The notes: generated by a model from the letters alone, not told the origin. Counted from the first letter of the stretch, positions 39,415-48,719 are shown. The stretch: DNA of 64,000 nt from a candidate division WWE3 bacterium (GCA_003599255.1 QZJF01000021.1:2287-66286), one strand, 5' to 3'. A program made the numbers and translations.

Positions 39415-39442
39415 TTGAATACAAAGCCCTATAGTATATAAT
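39415..39442 (+). promoter_or_regulatory. Promoter with CCTATAG in spacer
   Basis: TTGAAT-16-TATAAT; CTATAG at 39429-39434. Confidence 0.65.
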
Positions 39443-39484
39443 AGCTCCACACTCGGACAATAAAAATGAAAGGAAGAAAAAAAC

Positions 39485-39778
39485 ATGTACGATGAGCTAA
39501 TTCTGCTGGGCACTGTTGTTGTGCTTCCAATCGTTGTGTATCTGATAATCAAGGCTAAATTCGGACCGGAAGTTACCGAATACGTCAACAACGTAAACAC
39601 GGGAGACGAAGTTGAAGCCGATGACGATGATGGAGATGGAATAGGCGGACTGGGTGTAAGTATCGGACCAGATGGAGTTGGCCTAAGCATCAATCTGGGA
39701 AGCGGACTCGGTATCGACCCCTCAGACGGATCCTTAACCGTTAATGTTGGCGGAGGTATTTATTTGGATACCGACTAA
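39485..39778 (+). CDS. Membrane-anchored acidic Gly-rich small protein (97 aa)
   Basis: N-terminal TM, DDDDGDG linker, Gly-rich beta-hairpin-like tail; SD AAAGGAAG; terminator after. Confidence 0.8.
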   Translation: MYDELILLGTVVVLPIVVYLIIKAKFGPEVTEYVNNVNTGDEVEADDDDGDGIGGLGVSIGPDGVGLSINLGSGLGIDPSDGSLTVNVGGGIYLDTD

Positions 39779-39784
39779 CCGAAA

Positions 39785-39830
39785 GAAGGTCATTCTTGAG
39801 CAGTTTTTTTGAGAATGACCTTCATTTTTT
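39785..39830 (+). terminator. Intrinsic terminator
   Basis: GAAGGTCATTCT/AGAATGACCTTC followed by T run. Confidence 0.75.
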
Positions 39831-40546
39831 TAATAAAATAATTTAATTAGCCAACCAAAAAGGCTTTTAACATTTTCTTCTGTCTGCATCTGATTTTGAA
39901 GTGCAGTATTTTGATCCACCATGGCTTTAATCATTACCTGAAGTTGAGTATTTTCACCCTGATTCTGCGTTTCTGTTTGCAGATTTTGCAGTTGCTGTAT
40001 TCTGACCTGGTTCTGCTGAATAAGCTGCTTCATGTCTTTTATAGCCTTGTAATCGGGACCAAATAAACTCTTCATAACCTGGCTCTTGCCCTCTATTTTG
40101 TCTAAAGACTTTCCAATCTGGCTCTGTGTAGCCTGTTGTTGCTTTGCAATTTCACTAATCTGGCCTCCCATTTCACCGGATTTGTTGCCATTGCTGAGAA
40201 AATCCTCAACTGCTTGGGCAACGTTGCTCATATGCTGTCTGGAAGAAGTATTTTCATTATTTTGAGTGCTAACTTTTAATTGGGAATCTTCGCCCTGGTT
40301 TTGAGTGTTTACTTTATTTTGATCCTGCACTTGGACACCTTGCCCCGGCGCTGAATTCTGTCCCTGAGGCTGTCCAACAGTGATACCTTGGCCATTTCCT
40401 GTTCCCGGTCCTGATTCTGTACCGGACCCGGTGCCTGTGCCGGTTTTTGTCCCCGATCCCGAACCGGACCCACCCTGTGCAAAGGCTGTTGCCGAAAGTG
40501 CCAGGATTAAACCGAATGCTAAATAAATTGGCAATGTTTTCTTCAT
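39830..40546 (-). CDS. Secreted Gly/Gln-rich protein
   Basis: Signal peptide MKKTLPIY...ATAFA, GS/GT repeats, Gln-rich coiled coil, C-terminal SLFGWL. Confidence 0.85.
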   Translation of the reverse strand: MKKTLPIYLAFGLILALSATAFAQGGSGSGSGTKTGTGTGSGTESGPGTGNGQGITVGQPQGQNSAPGQGVQVQDQNKVNTQNQGEDSQLKVSTQNNENTSSRQHMSNVAQAVEDFLSNGNKSGEMGGQISEIAKQQQATQSQIGKSLDKIEGKSQVMKSLFGPDYKAIKDMKQLIQQNQVRIQQLQNLQTETQNQGENTQLQVMIKAMVDQNTALQNQMQTEENVKSLFGWLIKLFY

Positions 40547-40568
40547 ATGTTTGCTGCCTTTCAAAAAT

Positions 40569-40754
40569 TTATAAATCATTTGGTCCGGCTGGTGTGTCAT
40601 CCCCAAAAGGACAAGGTCCCTCCTGAACTACCTCGCCCACACCATTATCACCACGTACTTTATCCCCACCTGCATATACCGACACTGTAACCAAGGCAAG
40701 AGCCAAGACAAAACCAAAGACAAAACCTACTGCTACAAAATGACCTTTATGCAT
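40569..40754 (-). CDS. Small secreted protein (61 aa)
   Basis: MHKGHF...VSVYA signal peptide then GGDKVRGD...; SD-like AAGGT. Confidence 0.65.
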   Translation of the reverse strand: MHKGHFVAVGFVFGFVLALALVTVSVYAGGDKVRGDNGVGEVVQEGPCPFGDDTPAGPNDL

Positions 40755-40837
40755 ATCATTTACCTTTTTAAAACTTAATAAACTTATATCAATATTATAC
40801 AGTAATATATAGATGGTGTAATGGAGTGATCGCAGTC

Positions 40838-41314
40838 TTATGTTAAATCTATTGCCAAACGAGAATCTATATCTGACTTCGGGTCCGGAATCCAAACTTT
40901 GGTGGGAGTGGCCTTATAGAAGTGATAAACTTTGCCTTTTAACAATTCTTTTAAACCATCTCCAAATGCACCTGAAGCATTTCCGTATGGATATTCTCTT
41001 CTGAAATATAGTTTTGTCACCTTAGGTAGCTCCATAAATGAAACCTGTTCTACAGTTGCTTCTATCTGTACACCAACACCTTCTCCCCAGAGCTGATGAG
41101 AGTCAAAGATTGCTAAAGATACTTTAGGATTATAATTTATATTTCTCTGATGTTTTGACTTAGGGACAGATACCCAATATAAATTGTAGCTGTCATCATA
41201 TACATAGGCCACAGGAGATGCCCAAGCCTCTCCAGTCTCATCAGAACTTGCAATGGTCATATATTGATTACTCTGAATAATGTCTTTTGCTAATTGAATC
41301 AAGTCACTTTGCAT
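40838..41314 (-). CDS. Pyridoxamine 5'-phosphate oxidase-like FMN-binding protein
   Basis: YMTIAS..G.AWASPV, SKHQRNI..NPKVSLAIFD. Confidence 0.85.
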   Translation of the reverse strand: MQSDLIQLAKDIIQSNQYMTIASSDETGEAWASPVAYVYDDSYNLYWVSVPKSKHQRNINYNPKVSLAIFDSHQLWGEGVGVQIEATVEQVSFMELPKVTKLYFRREYPYGNASGAFGDGLKELLKGKVYHFYKATPTKVWIPDPKSDIDSRLAIDLT

Positions 41315-41398
41315 AACAAGATTATATCAATCGAGAGCTTGTGATGTTTTTCTCAATAAACGAAACTCCCTAAATAGGGGGTCCGTTTTCAAGTAGAA

Positions 41399-42058
41399 TT
41401 ATTTCCTGCCTTTCGGAAACGAAACGGGCGTCATAGAAAACCAGTCTTCTAAACCATCGAAGATGGCTTGTGCGATTTGAGTTTGCCTACTCCCGTCCCC
41501 GTCCCTAAGCATTCCACACTCTTCCGTATTTGAAAGGTAGACAGCTTCCTGCATTGTAGCCGGCATTTCAGACTTTAATGTAACACCGGACATAAAGTTT
41601 GTAATTCCAAGATTTGGAATGCCCGTCAATGACTCTACCAAACTGTTATGAATAATTTCGGTGAAAGCCTTATCTTTTTTTATCTTAGCGTATAGCCCAA
41701 GCGTCCCGTTTTTAGTATGGTCCAAAGATCCATTAAGGTGAATAGAAACTAATGCATCACCTTTGTTTTCGTTTGCAAGAGTATATCTAACTTCATTCGA
41801 TAAAGTGACGTCATTAGTTATTCTTGTCATTATCGGTAACCCGCCGTTAGTTTCAACTAAGTCAGCCAAAATAAGGGCAATGTCCAGATTAGCCTGACTC
41901 TCATCATATCCGATGCACTGTGTGGTTCCGGGATCGTCGCCTCCATGACCGGGATCAATAATAACTTTCTTACCCTCTACCGATGATGCGAGTGCTGCTG
42001 GCGAAAAGACTAATGATGCGACCAAAGCAAGAAAAGAGAATAAAATTAATTTTCTCAA
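41399..42058 (-). CDS. Secreted N-acetylmuramoyl-L-alanine amidase (Amidase_3)
   Basis: IDPGHGG.DPG, E..ANL, SIHLN, E; TTG start after SD GGGGTGAT, signal peptide. Confidence 0.9.
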   Translation of the reverse strand: MRKLILFSFLALVASLVFSPAALASSVEGKKVIIDPGHGGDDPGTTQCIGYDESQANLDIALILADLVETNGGLPIMTRITNDVTLSNEVRYTLANENKGDALVSIHLNGSLDHTKNGTLGLYAKIKKDKAFTEIIHNSLVESLTGIPNLGITNFMSGVTLKSEMPATMQEAVYLSNTEECGMLRDGDGSRQTQIAQAIFDGLEDWFSMTPVSFPKGRK

Positions 42059-42127
42059 AATTATCACCCCCTTGGTTAAAGTATACATCGATCGGATTTT
42101 TTTTTAAGATGTTCTTGAAGATTTACT

Positions 42128-42203
42128 TGGGGTGGCTGACGGGGATCGAACCCGCAACCCCTGCTTCCACAGAGCAGTGCTCTACCATTGAGCTACAGCC
42201 ACC
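42128..42203 (-). tRNA. tRNA-His(GTG)
   Basis: Anticodon arm CTGCT-CTGTGGA-AGCAG, encoded G-1, C73, CCA. Confidence 0.97.
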
Positions 42204-42247
42204 ATAAAAAGAGGATAAATCGCAGTAATTATAGCATCATCAGCGGT

Positions 42248-43669
42248 TTAGTTGGTATGAATACGCTCCCAATTGAAAAAGTCCAGAAACCTGTCTGCAT
42301 ATGTAAAAGTGTACTTTTCCCCAATACCGCTTATATATTTAGACACGTAGTAGTTAGTGTACGGATGATAAAGGAATATTGCAGGAGAGTTTTCTATAAT
42401 AGCTTTTTGAAATTCATTGTAGTGTACAACTCTCTTGTCGTTTTCCAGCTCATTTCTCCCCTCCTCCAAAGCACGGTCTGCCCGTACATTCTCAAAACCG
42501 GTTATGTTAAGTCCGGGATGCTCTTTTTGTGTAGAATGCCAGTTTACATATCTATCCGGGTCCCGTCCTGTTTCCTGCCCATAGAATAAAATCTCGAAAT
42601 TACGCGGCTCTATAACTGAGCTTAGCATTTGATCAGGAGCTACTTCGTTAATTTCCACATTTACTTTGAGCTTGTCTTCCCATGTATCCTTGATTCTATC
42701 AGCAAATTCTCTATGTTCAGAAACATCCGGAACGGTAATTTGCACCTGCGTACCAGTAAGATCTTCTTTGAATTCAGGGTCATATTTATTAAATTTTAAT
42801 TCTTCATCTGTAAACACGCTTCGGCTTATGGGACCTTGTACCTCAATTCCTTTGTCGTAAACAAGATCTCTCATATGAAGAACTTTTTCGAGTTTTTTCC
42901 TCAAATCAGCATCCTGTAATTTCTCATTGTTTAGATTGAAATAGAGAGAGTAATATATGCCTTGCGTAGGAAATCTATGGTTAATAAAGGACTCCAAATC
43001 ATATGTGCTTTCCGATAAAAAACCATCGATTTCTCCAAGTTTTGCTGCAGTAGCTAACTCTTCATCTTTGCTATAGTAACGGAAAACTATCTTCTTAATT
43101 TTGTAGTCATTACTTGTAGTACGTAAAACAACCTGTTTAATAACAACACCGTCCTTTTCCACGCGAACAACACGAAAATCTCCGCTCGATATTGGCATTA
43201 AGGAGTTGTCATCCTCAATTGAATTTCTAGGCATTACTCCAATCGTTAGTAAACTTAAAAACGGAGCGTATTTATTAGGGAGGACATACCTGACCGTTAA
43301 ATCGTCAACTTTATCTGTTGCAACACCTGCAAGATCCTCGATATTGAATGAAGTGTATATCAAGTCATCTGATGTAATCTTTCGTCCGTTTGTCCAATAT
43401 TGATTATCTTTCAGTTTTACCGTGTAGACCAATCCGTCTTCTGATACAGACCAGGACTCAGCCAAATCGGGTATCAAAGAGCCGTATATATCATATTTAA
43501 ATAGGCTCCGGAAAAGCATGTGAGATATTGTTCTATCGGTATTAGAAACTGCTTTACCCGGAAAAAAAGACTCCGGCTGTCCTACAACACCCTCCGTAAA
43601 AGAAGAAACAGGCGCAATTGAAAGCAAAAATGAAGTAAATATAAATACTATTTTCTGAAAGATATTCAT
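42248..43669 (-). CDS. ABC substrate-binding protein, family 5 (peptide/nickel)
   Basis: PDLAESWSVSEDGLVYTVKLK...WTNG..ITSDD. Confidence 0.9.
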   Translation of the reverse strand: MNIFQKIVFIFTSFLLSIAPVSSFTEGVVGQPESFFPGKAVSNTDRTISHMLFRSLFKYDIYGSLIPDLAESWSVSEDGLVYTVKLKDNQYWTNGRKITSDDLIYTSFNIEDLAGVATDKVDDLTVRYVLPNKYAPFLSLLTIGVMPRNSIEDDNSLMPISSGDFRVVRVEKDGVVIKQVVLRTTSNDYKIKKIVFRYYSKDEELATAAKLGEIDGFLSESTYDLESFINHRFPTQGIYYSLYFNLNNEKLQDADLRKKLEKVLHMRDLVYDKGIEVQGPISRSVFTDEELKFNKYDPEFKEDLTGTQVQITVPDVSEHREFADRIKDTWEDKLKVNVEINEVAPDQMLSSVIEPRNFEILFYGQETGRDPDRYVNWHSTQKEHPGLNITGFENVRADRALEEGRNELENDKRVVHYNEFQKAIIENSPAIFLYHPYTNYYVSKYISGIGEKYTFTYADRFLDFFNWERIHTN

Positions 43670-43767
43670 AGTGTTTTTTCCTTAGTATTTTACCAGAAAG
43701 TCGAGGTATTGCTTAATTTGAGGAATTGTTGATAATATGTAGAGGCTTTTGGCCGTAATTTTAGTCC

Positions 43768-43842
43768 GGCCCCATCGTCTAGCGGTTAGGACGCCGGGTT
43801 TTCATCCCGGTAACCGGGGTTCGATTCCCCGTGGGGTCACCA
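43768..43842 (+). tRNA. tRNA-Glu(TTC)
   Basis: GGCCCCATCGTCTAGCGGTTAGGAC, loop TTTTCAT, CCA end. Confidence 0.97.
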
Positions 43843-43931
43843 ATCACATAACCTATATTATTGAGAAAGACCCTATTAAATGCTAAAATCCCCGCATCAT
43901 ACCCTTACTATAAAGAGGAGGTAAATTAACA

Positions 43932-44582
43932 ATGAGTACAGGAGATATTCTCCAAACTGCGGTAGTCACTGCCCAGACGGCCTTGAAGCCCCAGCTCAGT
44001 GATCTTGAAGGTTATCTTCAAAAACTTAGGGATCTCAAGGAGGAACAACTTAGTAAATCCGAGAAGAACATCCTGAAGATCGACGAGGCCTTGAGGAGCG
44101 GACTTCCACTGATCAATGCGATCGCGGCGATTTCTGCAGGTGGACTGAATGACCAGGGACTCCCGAGGATAGCTCTAGCACCCTATTCATTGAGCCTGAA
44201 CCGGGGAAGAATCAACACCTTTGTTCAACCCAACGGAAGCTTGAACTTCAGGGACATCAATTGGGGAAATTTCAGCCTGTGGTTACCCGCAGGAACACTT
44301 CAGCCTGAAAAGGGTTTCCTAAAGATCTGCACGCCTACTCGAGCCGGAAGCACTTTGGTACCGCTCGTTCCTCCGGAGCTTCGCTTTTCACCGAACATGC
44401 CCGGCACGATAGATGATTATTATGTGATGTTCGAGGTGCAGCGGTGGGACGAAGCATTGGTACAGGTTGATCCGTATCTGCTCTACCACATCAATGGCTA
44501 CGTTTTTGCAATCGCGGGAAGCTGGGATGTCACCGAAACCGAACTTCGTGCCCTTCAGGCAGCTCGGAATTTAGGTTTCTAA
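43932..44582 (+). CDS. Orphan hypothetical protein (216 aa)
   Basis: TTGAGA-17-TAAAAT promoter, SD GAGGAGGT, terminator 44590-44645. Confidence 0.85.
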   Translation: MSTGDILQTAVVTAQTALKPQLSDLEGYLQKLRDLKEEQLSKSEKNILKIDEALRSGLPLINAIAAISAGGLNDQGLPRIALAPYSLSLNRGRINTFVQPNGSLNFRDINWGNFSLWLPAGTLQPEKGFLKICTPTRAGSTLVPLVPPELRFSPNMPGTIDDYYVMFEVQRWDEALVQVDPYLLYHINGYVFAIAGSWDVTETELRALQAARNLGF

Positions 44583-44732
44583 GTAGGAAACGCCCCTAAG
44601 ATCATTCCAAAAACATTTGGAGGATTAAAGGGGCGTAACTTTTTAGATGTTATTCTAAGACCTATAGCACTTTACGGGCGGCGTTTTTACTGGTATAATA
44701 AGAGAATCATACCTTAATGAGAGGAGATAATA

Positions 44733-45050
44733 ATGGACATTGAGTCCGTTGTTTATGGTCTTTTGCTCCTTGGTTTCATTCTGTTCGTTATCGGTTCTTT
44801 TCTGGTAAAGATTTTATTTCAGCCCGAAAAGCCAAAGGGTAGAACAGTAGCATGGAGCAAAGACAGGCGGGGCGTAGATGTAAAAACTGTGGTCGAACCG
44901 AACGGTACGAAGCACATTTACACTTTCCCTGCCGGTCGAAGACAAACTCTCCACTCTCATAAAGTGATAAAAGACGGAAGAACCGTTTTTCATCGCAATG
45001 AGGCCGGAAGAGTTGTCACCAACGAACGCAATAAACCGCGTCCGAAATAA
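44733..45050 (+). CDS. Membrane-anchored basic small protein (105 aa)
   Basis: CCTATAG then TTTACG-17-TATAAT, SD GAGGAG, N-terminal TM, terminator 45052-45103. Confidence 0.8.
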   Translation: MDIESVVYGLLLLGFILFVIGSFLVKILFQPEKPKGRTVAWSKDRRGVDVKTVVEPNGTKHIYTFPAGRRQTLHSHKVIKDGRTVFHRNEAGRVVTNERNKPRPK

Positions 45051-45162
45051 ACAGGCACATAACTTTGATGATAACCCATCCTTGATATGTGCCTGCACTT
45101 TTTCTATTCAGTATTTGAAAACCCTTGGTCACCGGTAATTTATGCTGTTACAATAATGCCGT

Positions 45163-46617
45163 ATGAATCAGGTTATTGCACGAATTTTCCAACCTTCTTG
45201 GAACCTATATATCACCGACTTTCTGGATATACTCATTATAGCCCTATTTCTCTACTCTCTATTTCTTCTGTTAAGAAAAACAAGATCATACCTTGTGTTT
45301 TTCGGACTGATAATGACAATGGGTTTATATCTTTTTGCCAAGTACTTTAACTTATATTTAACTTGGTACCTTTTGCAGTATTTTGTAGGTGTGTCGTTAG
45401 TAATTTTTGTAATTATTTTTCAGTCAGAGATAAGAAAATATTTTGAGTTTTTGGGACTTATTGGTACCAGACAAATAAAAGTCGGGAGACTTGCTCCAAA
45501 ATCCCCTTTGCTTGGGGAAATCGTTCAATCCTGCGTCAGAATGGCACAAGCAAAAATCGGAGCGTTGATTGTAATTCAGGGTAATGATGACATTGTCAAT
45601 TTTACAGAAGGGGGTACGGCATTGGATGGCGTTATTTCCGAAGATATTATTCAAAGCATTTTTGACCCCCATTCTGATGGTCATGACGGAGCTTTGATCA
45701 TTAGAAATAACAGAATCTCCAAGTTTGGCACTCACCTACCGCTTTCTACCAATTTTAAAGAGATAGGAAAACATGGAACAAGACATAGTGCCGCTTTGGG
45801 AATTACAGAAGTGTCTGATGCTTTCTCAATTGTTGTGTCAGAAGAAAAAGGTAAAATCTCAATATCAAAAGAAGGCAAACTCAAAACTCTAAACGAATTT
45901 TCTGATCTTGAAAAGGAACTCGAGAAGTATACACGTGCAAAGTTTTCTCCAAAACCTGAAAACCCGTTCATCCATATTTTCAAACATAATCTTTGGTTAA
46001 AAGGAGGAGCTATTTTAACCGCTTCGTTACTTTGGTTTTTCAGTGTGTATCAGGCCGGAATTATCGAGAAGGCTTACAGCATACCCATAACTTTTGAGAA
46101 TTTGCCAAAGGACACCGCTATTGAAAATTACAGTCCTAAAGAAATTGAAATTAGCGTAATCGGAAGGGGCGACAAAGTTTTTGAAAAAATCACACCCGAG
46201 AATTTCCAAATAATACTGGATGTGGCCAATCTGGAAAATGGTGTTAATAAAATAGAACTGATAAGAAAAGATATTACTATTCCTTTGAATGTTTCTATGG
46301 TGTCGATTGAGCCTGAAACTGTGCTTCTTACAGCTAAAAAATATTATGCTTCTCAAATACCCATTGTTATCAAAACAAAGGGAGAAGTTGCAAAGGAGCT
46401 TGAATTAAAAGGGATAGTAGTCACTCCTGAATTTATTGAAATGTGGGTCCCTCAGGACACGGAAATACCAAATGAAATTGCAACGGAGACCATAGATATA
46501 TCAACATTGACCGAATCAGTTATTGTACCGGTTAAACTTATAATTCCAAATGATCTCAAACCTGTTAAGGGTGATTCTGTTGCTAATGTGGCCTTAACCA
46601 TAGAAAAGCAGCAGTAG
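45163..46617 (+). CDS. cdaA: Diadenylate cyclase CdaA fused to YbbR/CdaR-like domains
   Basis: 3 TM, FQSEIR, HDGA and GTRHSAA catalytic motifs, then TM and YbbR-like repeats. Confidence 0.9.
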   Translation: MNQVIARIFQPSWNLYITDFLDILIIALFLYSLFLLLRKTRSYLVFFGLIMTMGLYLFAKYFNLYLTWYLLQYFVGVSLVIFVIIFQSEIRKYFEFLGLIGTRQIKVGRLAPKSPLLGEIVQSCVRMAQAKIGALIVIQGNDDIVNFTEGGTALDGVISEDIIQSIFDPHSDGHDGALIIRNNRISKFGTHLPLSTNFKEIGKHGTRHSAALGITEVSDAFSIVVSEEKGKISISKEGKLKTLNEFSDLEKELEKYTRAKFSPKPENPFIHIFKHNLWLKGGAILTASLLWFFSVYQAGIIEKAYSIPITFENLPKDTAIENYSPKEIEISVIGRGDKVFEKITPENFQIILDVANLENGVNKIELIRKDITIPLNVSMVSIEPETVLLTAKKYYASQIPIVIKTKGEVAKELELKGIVVTPEFIEMWVPQDTEIPNEIATETIDISTLTESVIVPVKLIIPNDLKPVKGDSVANVALTIEKQQ

Positions 46618-46691
46618 AACAGATATGATATTCTCCAATATATAGTGTACAATGACTTGACCTACTAGCCTGAAGTAGAAAGGAGCCCAAA

Positions 46692-47459
46692 ATGGAAATT
46701 CACATGGATCAGGAGGCGGCTCTGGAAGGTGCAAGGGAAATGGATCGTTTCCTCGCCTATATTTCAGGCGCATTTCCGAACCTTTCCGCGGAGGTTAATT
46801 CCGACGCGCGTCTCCATTTTGTTTTATACGCTCTTTTCACCGGCCTGACGCCGATCAACCGGTTGAAAGATGGAGCGCGAGAGCTGAAGCTTCAATTTAA
46901 CGAGGCCTTTAAGCTTTTTGGCACACAAAGGGTAGAAATGATCGACATCCCTGAGTGCGCAAAGGTAGAGAGGATCCGCTCTGAGTTTATTAATATCAAT
47001 GCGGTCCGAAAGGTTGTTGAAATGAATCGTCGGTACTTCCCGGATTTTACCGATCCGATCGAATGGATAAGGCAAAATCCGCAGGTTTTGTGCTATGAAT
47101 GCACCGAGCCAGGAGACATGAAGCATGTAACTTACGGCATTTTGAGTGGTTTTCCACCTCAGGCGTGCCGGGACTACAGAGTCTTTACCGAATCTCTGTC
47201 ATTCCTGAACGAAGCTGGTATTACATTGCCGTCCTTTGTCTCGAATCCTCAGCACTTGAGGGATGTATTCGCACGTTCGGAAGTGGCTGACTCGCTTTCA
47301 GGTCAACCTTCTCACCTTAGAGTACTGCAAAATGCCCGAGCTTCAGGATTCTTGCACTTCACCTGCTACACCTTTTCGGAGGAACAAGCAGAATACGTGA
47401 GATATCTTGAAGAAGCATTTTTTTCGACCTTGATGTTGGTAGGGTATAATGAGTATTGA
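46692..47459 (+). CDS. Orphan hypothetical protein (255 aa)
   Basis: SD AAAGGAG, TG-TACAAT promoter at 46646-46653. Confidence 0.8.
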   Translation: MEIHMDQEAALEGAREMDRFLAYISGAFPNLSAEVNSDARLHFVLYALFTGLTPINRLKDGARELKLQFNEAFKLFGTQRVEMIDIPECAKVERIRSEFININAVRKVVEMNRRYFPDFTDPIEWIRQNPQVLCYECTEPGDMKHVTYGILSGFPPQACRDYRVFTESLSFLNEAGITLPSFVSNPQHLRDVFARSEVADSLSGQPSHLRVLQNARASGFLHFTCYTFSEEQAEYVRYLEEAFFSTLMLVGYNEY

Positions 47460-47484
47460 CCACTATATAGCTATAGGGTATAAT
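47456..47484 (+). promoter_or_regulatory. Promoter with CTATATAG-CTATAG spacer
   Basis: TTGACC-17-TATAAT; CTATAG at 47471-47476. Confidence 0.75.
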
Positions 47485-47516
47485 ATTCACATCCTATCCG
47501 ACAGAAGGAGCAAAAA

Positions 47517-47645
47517 ATGAACGGGATTGTAAGGTTTTTCAAGTGGTTGTCATCGAAAGGTCCGTGGGGATACTGCAGCTCATGTTTGCAAACTTTCAGC
47601 TCTGCTGAAGAAGCCCGCAACCATTACTGCCCTGGACGAGATTGA
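47517..47645 (+). CDS. Unannotated 42-aa zinc-finger microprotein (MNGIVRFFKWLSSKGPWGYCSSCLQTFSSAEEARNHYCPGRD)
   Basis: Hand translation; SD GAAGGAG; C-x2-C-x3-F-x8-H-x-C. Confidence 0.7.
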   Translation: MNGIVRFFKWLSSKGPWGYCSSCLQTFSSAEEARNHYCPGRD

Positions 47646-47855
47646 TAACAACCCAGTCGGAGGTCCGCGCACCGCATTAATCTTTCATGATTAAGACAAG
47701 GACCAAAACGCTCACAATAATGCGCATAAAAGTGAGCAACTTCGAACCTGCAAAAAGTTGGCTTTTCCAAGCTGATAATTTGCAGGTTCCTTTCATTTTT
47801 CAGCTAATATTCGGAATATCCTATATTGAAGGGAGACGGCACCTTGAAGAACAAT

Positions 47856-48137
47856 ATGAAATGGCTGGCACTTGGAGCTTTGCTGTTGTTATTTGCATTG
47901 CTCGCGGTATCGTGCATCGGCGGGGCAGATTACTCGCTCTTCAAACCCTCGCCTGAAAGCATGGTTGAAGGGGCTTCCATTGTATATGTGGGAGAAATGC
48001 CGTGCATGATCTTTATCGGCACAACCGGAGGAGGCGAAGATACCTTTTCCTGGGGTTCGTGTGACTGGTCGAAATATGACGACACACTTCCCGCCCGCTT
48101 CGGTATGGAAGTTATCAGACTGACACCGAAACCTTAA
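47856..48137 (+). CDS. Small lipoprotein
   Basis: MKWLALGALLLLFALLAVS-C signal with lipobox-like Cys. Confidence 0.65.
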   Translation: MKWLALGALLLLFALLAVSCIGGADYSLFKPSPESMVEGASIVYVGEMPCMIFIGTTGGGEDTFSWGSCDWSKYDDTLPARFGMEVIRLTPKP

Positions 48138-48147
48138 GGAGGACTTG

Positions 48148-48627
48148 ATGTCAAGTTATTTGCTTAACATGGCAAGCGCCCAACAGGCAGTGGAAATGAG
48201 TATGCCAACTTTAAATATTTGGTTGCAATCGAAACTCATTGAACACACAAACATCTCTGTGGTGGTCCTGGATCCTACCATTACACAGAAAGGAGGTTAT
48301 GAATTCCAGGAATCGGTACTTTTCACAGCTGAAAACGGCAGTCCCAAACCCAAATATAAACGGGTTGCTCTGTCAAAAGCTGAGATCAGTTGGGAAACAG
48401 GCCTTCCGAGCCATATAGCTCAACAAGTGTACCCACATTTGTTCCGTTTGGGACAGACAAAATGGGGCGGATCCGCGGTTTACTTCGGGATTGTTGTTTC
48501 ATGTTCCGGTCTTTCCTGGCAATGGGACTGGGCATTCTCGGGTATTGTTGCCGCTAACCTCCACGCATTATGCATAGGCGGTATGCGCGCAATGCTCGAA
48601 AGCGAAGCTGCTTTCTTCGGAGAATAA
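48148..48627 (+). CDS. GlcG/HbpS-like protein (distant)
   Basis: ISVVVLD, ALSKA, WGGS...VVSCSG..W.WD motif order; SD AAGGAGG; terminator 48642-48689. Confidence 0.6.
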   Translation: MSSYLLNMASAQQAVEMSMPTLNIWLQSKLIEHTNISVVVLDPTITQKGGYEFQESVLFTAENGSPKPKYKRVALSKAEISWETGLPSHIAQQVYPHLFRLGQTKWGGSAVYFGIVVSCSGLSWQWDWAFSGIVAANLHALCIGGMRAMLESEAAFFGE

Positions 48628-48719
48628 CCAAAAATAATATGCAGGCGTCAATCTTAGATTATTTCAAAGGGTTGACGCCTGTTCCTTTTACGCCAGTTAT
48701 GCTATATATTTAAAATACT

